Below the pieces are notes generated by a model. The model made no database searches and was not told the DNA's origin. It saw only the letters and a list, made by a program, of their open reading frames with translations. Below, one piece after another: positions 25,999 to 37,900 of a stretch of 64,000 nucleotides of DNA (position 1 is the stretch's first letter; the number at the start of each line of letters is the position of its first letter). The DNA is from Eledone cirrhosa (lineage: Eukaryota): contig CAXHJY010000489.1 of the NCBI GenBank assembly GCA_964016885.1, forward strand, positions 1-64,000, given 5' to 3'. Position numbers and translations under genes: made by a program.

Positions 25999-28900
25999 TG
26001 TTAGTGTCTGTGTTACCGTTTGTGTTAGCGTTTGCATTAGTTTTAGTGTTAGTGTCTGTGTTAGCGTTTGCGTTAGTTTTAGTGTTAGTGTCTGTGTTAA
26101 CGTTTGCATTAGTTTTAGTGTTAGAGACTGACGCAAACGTTAGCACAGACACTAACACTAAAACTAATGCAAACGCTAACACAGACACTAACACTAAAAC
26201 TAATGCAAACGCTAACATAGACACTAACACTAATGCAAACGCTATGTTACTGTTTGCGTTAGTGTCTGTGTTAGCGTTTTGCATTAGTTTTAGTGGCTGT
26301 GTTAGCGTTTGCGTTAGTTTTAGTGTTAGTGTCTGTGATAGCTTTTGCGTTAGTTTTAGTGTTAGCGTTTGTATTAGTTTCAGTGTTAGTGTCTGTATTA
26401 GCGTTTGCATTAGTTTTAGTGTTAGTGTCTGTGTTAGCGTTTGCATTAGTTTTAGTGTTAGTGTCTGTGTTAGCATTTGCATTAGTTTTAGTGTTAGTGT
26501 CTGTGTTAGCGTTTGCGTTAGCGTTAGTGTCTGTGTTAGCGTTTGCATTACTTTTAGTGTTAGTGTCAGTGTTAGCGTTTGCATTAGTTTTAGTGTTAGT
26601 GTCTGTGTTAGCGTTTGCATTAGTTTTAGTGTTAGTGTCTGTGTGAGCGTTTGCGTTAGCGTTTGCGTTAGCGTTTGCGTTAGCGTTTGCGTTAGCGTTT
26701 GCATTAGTTTTTCGTGTTCGTGTCTGTGTTAGCGTTTGCATTAATTTTAGTGTCTGTGTTAGCGTTTGCATTAGTTTTAGTGTTAGTGTCTGTGTTAGCG
26801 TTTTGCATTAGTTTTAGTGTTAGTGTCTGTGTTAGCGTTTTGCATTAGTTTTAGTGTTCGCGTTTGCGTTAGCGTTTAGATTAGTTTTAGTGTAAGCCTT
26901 TGCATTAGTTTTAGTGTTGGTGTCTGTGTTACTGTTAGTGTCTGTGTTAGCATTTGCATTAGTTTTAGTGTTAGTGTCTGTGTTAGCGTTTGCATTAGTT
27001 TTAGTGTCTGTGTTAGCGTTTGCGTTAGTGTCTGTGTTAGTGTCTGTGTTAGCGTTTGCATTAGTTTTAGTGTTAGTGTCTGTGTTAGCGTTTGCATTAG
27101 TTTTAGTGTAAGTGTCTGTGTTACTGTTTGCATTAGTTTTAATGTTAGTGTCTGTGTTAGCGTTTGCGTTAATGTCTGTGTTAGTGACTGTGTTAGCGTT
27201 TGCATTAGTTTTAGTGTTAGTGTCTGAGGTAGCGGTTGCATTAGTTTAGTGTAAGTGTCTGTGTTACTGTTTGCATTAGTTTTAATGTTAGTGTCTGTGT
27301 TAGCATTTGCATTAGTTTAGTGTTGGTGTCTGTTATAGCGTTTGCATTAGTTTTAGTGTTAGTGTCTGTGATAGCATTTGCATTAGTTTTAGTGTTAGTG
27401 TCTGTGTCAGCATTTGCATTAGTTTTAGTGTCTGTGTTAGCGTCTGTGTTAGCGTTTGCATTAGTTTTAGTGTCTGTATTAGCGTTTTCATTTGTTTTAG
27501 TGTTAGTGTCTGTGTTAGCGTTTGAGTTAATGTCTGTGTTAGTGACTGTGTTAGCGTTTGCATTAGTTTTAGTGTTAGTGTCTGTCTTAGCGTTTGCGTT
27601 AGCGTTAGTGTCTGTGTTAGCGTTTGCATTAGTTTTAGTGTTAGTGTCTGTGTTAGCGTTTGCATTAGTTTTATTGTTAGTGTCTGTGTTAGCGTTTGCA
27701 TTAGTTTTAGTGTTAGCGTTTGCATTAGTTTTAGTGTTGGTGTCTGTGATAGCGTTTGCATTAGTTTTATTGTTCGTGTCTGCGTTTGCGTCAGCGTTTG
27801 CATTAGTTTTAGTGTTAGTGTCTGTGTTACTGTTTGCATTAGTTTTAGTGTTAGTGTCTGTGTTAGCATTTGCATTAGTTTTAGTGTTCGTGTCTGAGTT
27901 AACGTTTGCATTAGTTTTATTGTTCGTGTCTGCGGTTGCGTCAGCGTTTGCATTAGTTTTAGTGTCTGTGTTAGCGTTTTCATTTGTTTTAGTGTTAGTG
28001 TCTGTGTTAGCGTTTGCGTTAATGTCTGTGTTAGTGACTGTTAGCGTTTGCATTAGTTTTAGTGTTAGTGTCTGTCTTAGCGTTTGCGTTAGCGTTAGTG
28101 TCTGTGTTAGCGTTTGCATTAGTTTTAGTGTTAGTGTCTGTGTTAGCGTTTGCATTAGTTTTATTGTTAGTGTCTGTGTTAGCGTTTGCATTAGTTTTAT
28201 TGTTAGCGTTTGCATTAGTTTTAGTATTGGTGTCTGTGTTACTGTATGCATTAGTTTTAGTGTTAGTGTCTGTGTTAACGTTTGCATTAGTTTTATTGTT
28301 CGTGTCTGCGTTTGCGTGAGCGTTTGCATTAGTTTTAGTGTTAGTGTCAGTGTTAGCGTTTGCATTAGTTTTAGTGTCTGTGTTAGCGTTTGCGTTAGTA
28401 TCTGTGTTAGTGTCTGTGTTAGCGTTTGCATTAGTTTTAGTGTTAGTGTCTGTGTTAGCGTTTGCATTAGTTTTAGTGTCTGTGTTAGCGTTTTCATTTG
28501 TTTTAGTGTTAGTGTCTGTGTTAGCGTTTGCAATAGTTTTAGTGTCTGTGTTAGCGTTTGCATTAGTTTTAGTGTTAGTGTCTGTGTTAGTGTTTGCTTT
28601 AGTTTTAGTGTTAGTGTCTCTGTTAGCATTTACGATAATTTTAGTGTTAGTGTTTGTATTAGCGTTTGCATTAGTTTTACTGTTAGTGTCTGTTAGCGTT
28701 TGCATTAGTTTTAGTGTTAGTGTCTGTGTTAGCGTTTGCGTTAGCGTTAGTGTCTGTGTTAGCGTTAGCATTAGTTTTAGTGTTATTGTCTGTGTTAGCG
28801 TTTGCGTTAGTGTCTGTGTGAGTGTGTGTGTTAGCGTTTGCATTAATTTAAGTGTTAGTGTCTGTGTTAGCATTTGCGTTAATTTTAGTGTTAGTGTCTG

Positions 28901-31900
28901 TGTTAGCGTTTGCATTAGTTTTAATGTTAGTGTCTGAGTTAGCGTTTGCATTAGTTTTAGGGCTAGGGTCTGTGTTAGCGTTTGCATTAGTTTTATTGTT
29001 CGTGTCTGTGTTAGCGTTTGCATTAGTTTTAATGTTAGTGCCTGAGTTAGCGTTTGCATTAGTTTAGTGCTATTGTCTGTGTTAGCAATGGCATTAGTTT
29101 TATTGTTAGTGTCTGTGTTAGCATTTGCATTAGTTTTATTGTTCGTGTCTGCGTTTGCGTTAGCTTTTGCATTAGTTTTAGTGTTATTGTCTGTGTTAGC
29201 GTTTGCATTAGTTTTAGTGTCTGTGTTAGCGTTTTCATTAGTTTTAGTGTTAGTGTCTGTGTTAGCGGTTGTGTTAGTGTCTGTGTTAGTGTCTGTGTTA
29301 GTGTCTGTGTTAGTGTCTGTGTTCGCGTTTGCATTAGTTTTAGTGTTAGTGTCTGTGTTAGCGTTTGCATTAGTTTTAGTGCTAGTGTCTCTGTTAGCGT
29401 TTGCATTAGTTTTAGTGTTATTGTCCGTGTTAGCATTTCCATTAGTTTTATTGTTAGTGTCTGTGTTAGCGTTTGCATTAGTTTTAGTGTTAGTGTCTGT
29501 GTTAGCGTTTGCATTAGTTTTAGTGTTAGTGTGTGTTAGCGTTTGCATTAGTTTTAGTGTTAGTGTCTGTGTTAGCGTTTGCATTAGTTTTAGTGTTATT
29601 GTCTGTGTTAGCATTTCCATTAGTTTTATTGTTAGTGTCTGTGTTAGCGTTTGCATTAGTTTTAGTGTTAGTGTCTGTGTTAGCGTTTGCATTAATTTTA
29701 GTGTTAGTGTCTGTGTTAGCATTTGCGTTAATTTTAGTGTTAGTGTCTGTGTTAGCGTTTGCATTAGTTTTAATGTTAGTGTCTGAGTTACGTTTGCATT
29801 AGTTTTAGGGCTAGTGTCTGTGTTAGCGTTTGCATTAGTTTTATTGTTCGTGTCTGTGTTAGCGTTTGCATTAGTTTTAGTGTTAGTGTCTGTGTTAGCG
29901 TTTGCATTAGTTTTAATGTTAGTGTCTGAGTTAGCGTTTGCATTAGTTTTATTGTTAGTGTCTGTGTTAGCATTTGCATTAGTTTTATTGTTAGTGTCTG
30001 CGTTTGCGTTAGCTTTTGCATTAGTTTTAGTGTTATTGTCTGTGTTAGCGTTTGCATTAGTTTTAGTGTCTGTGTTAGCGTTTTCATTAGTTTTAGTGTT
30101 AGTGTCTGTGTTAGCGTTTGCGTTAGTGTCTGTGTTAGTGTCTGTGTTAGTGTCTGTGTTAGTGTCTGTGTTCGCGTTTGCATTTGTTTTAGTGTTAGTG
30201 TCTGTGTTAGTGTCTGTGTTATCGTTTGCATTAGTTTTAGTGCTAGTGTCTCTGTTAGCGTTTGCATTAGTTTTAGTGTTATTGTCCGAGTTAGCATTTC
30301 CATTAGTTTTATTGTTAGTGTCTGTGTTAGCGTTTGCATTAGTTTTAGTGTTAGCGTTTGCGTTAATGTCTGTGTTAGTGACTGTGTTAGCGTTTGCATT
30401 AGTTTTAGTGTTAGTGTCTGTCTTAGCGTTTGCGTTAGCGTTAGTGTCTGTGTTAGCGTTTGCATTAGTTTTAGTGTTAGTGTCTGTGTTAGCGTTTGCA
30501 TTAGTTTTATTGTTAGTGTCTGTGTTAGCGTTTGCATTAGTTTTAGTGTTAGCGTTTGCATTAGTTTTAGTGTTAGCGTTTGCATTAGTTTTAGTGTTGG
30601 TGTCTGTGTTACTGTTTGCATTAGTTTTAGTGTTAGTGTCTGTGTTAGCATTTGCATTAGTTTTAGTGTTCGTGTCTGAGTTAACGTTTGCATTAGTTTT
30701 ATTGTTCGTGTCTGCGTTTGCGTGAGCGTTTGCATTAGTTTTAGTGTTAGTGTCAGTGTTAGCGTTTGCATTAGTTTTAGTGTCTGTGTTAGCGTTTGCG
30801 TTAGTATCTGTGTTAGTGTCTGTGTTAGCGTTTGCATTAGTTTTAGTGTTAGTGTCTCTGTTAGCATTTACGATAATTTTAGTGTTAGTGTTTGTATTAG
30901 CGTTTGCATTAGTTTTACTGTTAGTGTCTCTGTTAGCGTTTGCATTAGTTTTAGTGTTAGTGTCTGTGTTAGCGTTTGCGTTAGCGTTAGTGTCTGTGTT
31001 AGCGTTTTCATTTGTTTTAGTGTTAGTGTCTGTGTTAGTGTTTGCTTTAGTTTTAGTGTTAGTGTCTCTGTTAGCATTTACGATAATTTTAGTGTTAGTG
31101 TTTGTATTAGCGTTTGCATTAGTTTTACTGTTAGTGTCTCTGTTAGCGTTTGCATTAGTTTTAGTGTTAGTGTCTGTGTTAGCGTTTGCGTTAGCGTTAG
31201 TGTCTGTGTTAGCGTTTGCATTAGTTTTAGTGTTAGTGTCTGTGTTAGTGTTTGCTTTAGTTTTAGTGTTAGTGTCTCTGTTAGCATTTACGATAATTTT
31301 AGTGTTAGTGTTTTTATTAGCGTTTGCATTAGTTTTACTGTTAGTGTCTCTGTTAGCGTTTGCATTAGTTTTAGTGTTAGTGTCTGTGTTAGCGTTTGCG
31401 TTAGCGTTAGTGTCTGTGTTAGCGTTTGCATTAGTTTTAGTGTTATTGTCTGTGTTAGCGTTTGCGTTAGTGTCTGTGTGAGTGTGTGTGTTAGCGTTTG
31501 CATTAATTTAAGTGTTAGTGTCTGTGTTAGCATTTGCGTTAATTTTAGTGTTAGTGTCTGTGTTAGCGTTTGCATTAGTTTTAATGTTAGTGTCGGAGTT
31601 AGCGTTTGCATTAGTTTTAGGGCTAGGGTCTGTGTTAGCGTTTGCATTAGTTTTATTGTTCGTGTCTGTGTTAGCGTTTGCATTAGTTTTAGTGTTAGTG
31701 TCTGTGTTAGCGTTTGCATTAGTTTTAATGTTAGTGCCTGAGTTAGCGTTTGCATTAGTTTAGTGCTATTGTCTGTGTTAGCAATGGCATTAGTTTTATT
31801 GTTAGCATTTGCATTAGTTTTATTGTTCGTGTCTGCGTTTGCGTTAGCTTTCGCATTAGTTTTAGTGTTATTGTCTGTGTTAGCGTTTGCATTAGTTTTA

Positions 31901-34900
31901 GTGTCTGTGTTAGCGTTTTCATTAGTTTTAGTGTTAGTGTCTGTGTTAGCGGTTGTGTTAGTGTCTGTGTTAGTGTCTGTGTTAGTGTCTGTGTTCGCGT
32001 TTGCATTAGTTTTAGTGTTAGTGTCTGTGTTAGCGTTTGCATTAGTTTTAGTGTTAGTGTCTGTGTTAGTGTCTGTGTTAGCGTTTGCATTAGTTTTAGT
32101 GCTAGTGTCTCTGTTAGCGTTTGCATTAGTTTTAGTGTTATTGTCCGTGTTAGCATTTCCATTAGTTTTAGTGTTATTGTCTGTGTTATCATTTCCATTA
32201 GTTTTATTGTTAGTGTCTGTGTTAGCGTTTGCATTAGTTTTAGTGTTAGTGTCTGTGTTAGCATTTGCGTTAATTTTAGTGTTAGTGTCTGTGTTAGCGT
32301 TTGCATTAGTTTTAATGTTAGTGTCTGAGTTACGTTTGCATTAGTTTTAGGGCTAGTGTCTGTGTTAGCGTTTGCATTAGTTTTATTGTTCGTGTCTGTG
32401 TTAGCGTTTGCATTAGTTTTAGTGTTAGTGTCTGTGCTAGCGTTTGCATTAGTTTTAATGTTAGTGTCTGAGTTAGCGTTTGCATTAGTTTTATTGTTAG
32501 TGTCTGTGTTAGCATTTGCATTAGTTTTATTGTTAGTGTCTGCGTTTGCGTTAGCTTTTGCATTAGTTTTAGTGTTATTGTCTGTGTTAGCGTTTGCATT
32601 AGTTTTAGTGTCTGTGTTAGCGTTTTCATTAGTTTTAGTGTTACTGTCTGTGTTAGCCTTTGCGTTAGTGTCTGTGTTAGTGTCTGTGTTAGTGTCTGTG
32701 TTCGCATTTGCATTAGTTTTAGTGTTAGCGTTTGCATTGGTTTTAGTGTTGGTGTCTGTGATAGCGTTTGCATTAGTTTTATTGTTCGTGTCTGCGTTTG
32801 CGTCAGCGTTTGCATTAGTTTTAGTGTTAGTGTCTGTGTTACTGTTTGCATTAGTTTTAGTGTTAGTGTCTGTGTTAGCATTTGCATTAGTTTTAGTGTT
32901 CGTGTCTGAGTTAACGTTTGCATTAGTTTTATTGTTCGTGTCTGCGGTTGCGTCAGCGTTTGCATTAGTTTTAGTGTCTGTGTTAGCGTTTTCATTTGTT
33001 TTAGTGTTAGTGTCTGTGTTAGCGTTTGCGTTAATGTCTGTGTTAGTGACTGTTAGCGTTTGCATTAGTTTTAGTGTTAGTGTCTGTCTTAGCGTTTGCG
33101 TTAGCGTTAGTGTCTGTGTTAGCGTTTGCATTAGTTTTAGTGTTAGTGTCTGTGTTAGCGTTTGCATTAGTTTTATTGTTAGTGTCTGTGTTAGCGTTTG
33201 CATTAGTTTTATTGTTAGCGTTTGCATTAGTTTTAGTATTGGTGTCTGTGTTACTGTATGCATTAGTTTTAGTGTTAGTGTCTGTGTTAACGTTTGCATT
33301 AGTTTTATTGTTCGTGTCTGCGTTTGCGTGAGCGTTTGCATTAGTTTTAGTGTTAGTGTCTGTGTTAGCGTTTGCATTAGTTTTAGTGTCTGTGTTAGCG
33401 TTTTCATTTGTTTTAGTGTTAGTGTCTGTGTTAGCGTTTGCAATAGTTTTAGTGTCTGTGTTAGCGTTTGCATTAGTTTTAGTGTTAGTGTCTGTGTTAG
33501 TGTTTGCTTTAGTTTTAGTGTTAGTGTCTCTGTTAGCATTTACGATAATTTTAGTGTTAGTGTTTGTATTAGCGTTTGCATTAGTTTTACTGTTAGTGTC
33601 TGTTAGCGTTTGCATTAGTTTTAGTGTTAGTGTCTGTGTTAGCGTTTGCGTTAGCGTTAGTGTCTGTGTTAGCGTTTGCGTTAGCGTTAGTGTCTGTGTT
33701 AGCGTTTGCATTAGTTTTAGTGTTATTGTCTGTGTTAGCGTTTGCGTTAGTGTCTGTGTGAGTGTGTGTGTTAGCGTTTGCATTAATTTAAGTGTTAGTG
33801 TCTGTGTTAGCATTTGCGTTAATTTTAGTGTTAGTGTCTGTGTTAGCGTTTGCATTAGTTTTAATGTTAGTGTCTGAGTTAGCGTTTGCATTAGTTTTAG
33901 GGCTAGGGTCTGTGTTAGCGTTTGCATTAGTTTTATTGTTCGTGTCTGTGTTAGCGTTTGCATTAGTTTTAATGTTAGTGCCTGAGTTAGCGTTTGCATT
34001 AGTTTAGTGCTATTGTCTGTGTTAGCAATGGCATTAGTTTTATTGTTAGTGTCTGTGTTAGCATTTGCATTAGTTTTATTGTTCGTGTCTGCGTTTGCGT
34101 TAGCTTTTGCATTAGTTTTAGTGTTATTGTCTGTGTTAGCGTTTGCATTAGTTTTAGTGTCTGTGTTAGCGTTTTCATTAGTTTTAGTGTTAGTGTCTGT
34201 GTTAGCGGTTGTGTTAGTGTCTGTGTTAGTGTCTGTGTTAGTGTCTGTGTTCGCGTTTGCATTAGTTTTAGTGTTAGTGTCTGTGTTAGCGTTTGCATTA
34301 GTTTTAGTGCTAGTGTCTCTGTTAGCGTTTGCATTAGTTTTAGTGTTATTGTCCGTGTTAGCATTTCCATTAGTTTTATTGTTAGTGTCTGTGTTAGCGT
34401 TTGCATTAGTTTTAGTGTTAGTGTCTGTGTTAGCGTTTGCATTAGTTTTAGTGTTAGTGTGTGTTAGCGTTTGCATTAGTTTTAGTGTTAGTGTCTGTGT
34501 TAGCGTTTGCATTAGTTTTAGTGTTATTGTCTGTGTTAGCATTTCCATTAGTTTTATTGTTAGTGTCTGTGTTAGCGTTTGCATTAGTTTTAGTGTTAGT
34601 GTCTGTGTTAGCGTTTGCATTAATTTTAGTGTTAGTGTCTGTGTTAGCATTTGCGTTAATTTTAGTGTTAGTGTCTGTGTTAGCGTTTGCATTAGTTTTA
34701 ATGTTAGTGTCTGAGTTACGTTTGCATTAGTTTTAGGGCTAGTGTCTGTGTTAGCGTTTGCATTACTTTTATTGTTCGTGTCTGTGTTAGCGTTTGCATT
34801 AGTTTTAGTGTTAGTGTCTGTGTTAGCGTTTGCATTAGTTTTAATGTTAGTGTCTGAGTTAGCGTTTGCATTAGTTTTATTGTTAGTGTCTGTGTTAGCA

Positions 34901-37900
34901 TTTGCATTAGTTTTATTGTTAGTGTCTGCGTTTGCGTTAGCTTTTGCATTAGTTTTAGTGTTATTGTCTGTGTTAGCGTTTGCATTAGTTTTAGTGTCTG
35001 TGTTAGCGTTTTCATTAGTTTTAGTGTTAGTGTCTGTGTTAGCGTTTGCGTTAGTGTCTGTGTTAGTGTCTGTGTTAGTGTCTGTGTTAGTGTCTGTGTT
35101 CGCGTTTGCATTTGTTTTAGTGTTAGTGTCTGTGTTAGTGTCTGTGTTATCGTTTGCATTAGTTTTAGTGCTAGTGTCTCTGTTAGCGTTTGCATTAGTT
35201 TTAGTGTTATTGTCCGAGTTAGCATTTCCATTAGTTTTATTGTTAGTGTCTGTGTTAGCGTTTGCATTAGTTTTAGTGTTAGCGTTTGCGTTAATGTCTG
35301 TGTTAGTGACTGTGTTAGCGCTTGCATTAGTTTTAGTGTTAGTGTCTGTCTTAGCGTTTGCGTTAGCGTTAGTGTCTGTGTTAGCGTTTGCATTAGTTTT
35401 AGTGTTAGTGTCTGTGTTAGCGTTTGCATTAGTTTTATTGTTAGTGTCTGTGTTAGCGTTTGCATTAGTTTTAGTGTTAGCGTTTGCATTAGTTTTAGTG
35501 TTAGCGTTTGCATTAGTTTTAGTGTTGGTGTCTGTGTTACTGTTTGCATTAGTTTTAGTGTTAGTGTCTGTGTTAGCATTTGCATTAGTTTTAGTGTTCG
35601 TGTCTGAGTTAACGTTTGCATTAGTTTTATTGTTCGTGTCTGCGTTTGCGTGAGCGTTTGCATTAGTTTTAGTGTTAGTGTCAGTGTTAGCGTTTGCATT
35701 AGTTTTAGTGTCTGTGTTAGCGTTTGCGTTAGTATCTGTGTTAGTGTCTGTGTTAGCGTTTGCATTAGTTTTAGTGTTAGTGTCTCTGTTAGCATTTACG
35801 ATAATTTTAGTGTTAGTGTTTGTATTAGCGTTTGCATTAGTTTTACTGTTAGTGTCTCTGTTAGCGTTTGCATTAGTTTTAGTGTTAGTGTCTGTGTTAG
35901 CGTTTGCGTTAGCGTTAGTGTCTGTGTTAGCGTTTTCATTTGTTTTAGTGTTAGTGTCTGTGTTAGTGTTTGCTTTAGTTTTAGTGTTAGTGTCTCTGTT
36001 AGCATTTACGATAATTTTAGTGTTAGTGTTTGTATTAGCGTTTGCATTAGTTTTACTGTTAGTGTCTCTGTTAGCGTTTGCATTAGTTTTAGTGTTAGTG
36101 TCTGTGTTAGCGTTTGCGTTAGCGTTAGTGTCTGTGTTAGCGTTTGCATTAGTTTTAGTGTTAGTGTCTGTGTTAGTGTTTGCTTTAGTTTTAGTGTTAG
36201 TGTCTCTGTTAGCATTTACGATAATTTTAGTGTTAGTGTTTTTATTAGCGTTTGCATTAGTTTTACTGTTAGTGTCTCTGTTAGCGTTTGCATTAGTTTT
36301 AGTGTTAGTGTCTGTGTTAGCGTTTGCGTTAGCGTTAGTGTCTGTGTTAGCGTTTGCATTAGTTTTAGTGTTATTGTCTGTGTTAGCGTTTGCGTTAGTG
36401 TCTGTGTGAGTGTGTGTGTTAGCGTTTGCATTAATTTAAGTGTTAGTGTCTGTGTTAGCATTTGCGTTAATTTTAGTGTTAGTGTCTGTGTTAGCGTTTG
36501 CATTAGTTTTAATGTTAGTGTCGGAGTTAGCGTTTGCATTAGTTTTAGGGCTAGGGTCTGTGTTAGCGTTTGCATTAGTTTTATTGTTCGTGTCTGTGTT
36601 AGCGTTTGCATTAGTTTTAGTGTTAGTGTCTGTGTTAGCGTTTGCATTAGTTTTAATGTTAGTGCCTGAGTTAGCGTTTGCATTAGTTTAGTGCTATTGT
36701 CTGTGTTAGCAATGGCATTAGTTTTATTGTTAGCATTTGCATTAGTTTTATTGTTCGTGTCTGCGTTTGCGTTAGCTTTTGCATTAGTTTTAGTGTTATT
36801 GTCTGTGTTAGCGTTTGCATTAGTTTTAGTGTCTGTGTTAGCGTTTTCATTAGTTTTAGTGTTAGTGTCTGTGTTAGCGGTTGTGTTAGTGTCTGTGTTA
36901 GTGTCTGTGTTAGTGTCTGTGTTCGCGTTTGCATTAGTTTTAGTGTTAGTGTCTGTGTTAGCGTTTGCATTAGTTTTAGTGTTAGTGTCTGTGTTAGTGT
37001 CTGTGTTAGCGTTTGCATTAGTTTTAGTGCTAGTGTCTCTGTTAGCGTTTGCATTAGTTTTAGTGTTATTGTCCGTGTTAGCATTTCCATTAGTTTTAGT
37101 GTTATTGTCTGTGTTATCATTTCCATTAGTTTTATTGTTAGTGTCTGTGTTAGCGTTTGCATTAGTTTTAGTGTTAGTGTCTGTGTTAGCATTTGCGTTA
37201 ATTTTAGTGTTAGTGTCTGTGTTAGCGTTTGCATTAGTTTTAATGTTAGTGTCTGAGTTACGTTTGCATTAGTTTTAGGGCTAGTGTCTGTGTTAGCGTT
37301 TGCATTAGTTTTATTGTTCGTGTCTGTGTTAGCGTTTGCATTAGTTTTAGTGTTAGTGTCTGTGCTAGCGTTTGCATTAGTTTTAATGTTAGTGTCTGAG
37401 TTAGCGTTTGCATTAGTTTTATTGTTAGTGTCTGTGTTAGCATTTGCATTAGTTTTATTGTTAGTGTCTGCGTTTGCGTTAGCTTTTGCATTAGTTTTAG
37501 TGTTATTGTCTGTGTTAGCGTTTGCATTAGTTTTAGTGTCTGTGTTAGCGTTTTCATTAGTTTTAGTGTTACTGTCTGTGTTAGCGTTTGCGTTAGTGTC
37601 TGTGTTAGTGTCTGTGTTAGTGTCTGTGTTCGCGTTTGCATTAGTTTTAGTGTTGGTGTCTGTGATAGCGTTTGCATTAGTTTTATTGTTCGTGTCTGCG
37701 TTTGCGTCAGCGTTTGCATTAGTTTTAGTGTTAGTGTCTGTGTTACTGTTTGCATTAGTTTTAGTGTTAGTGTCTGTGTTAGCATTTGCATTAGTTTTAG
37801 TGTTCGTGTCTGAGTTAACGTTTGCATTAGTTTTATTGTTCGTGTCTGCGGTTGCGTCAGCGTTTGCATTAGTTTTAGTGTCTGTGTTAGCGTTTTCATT

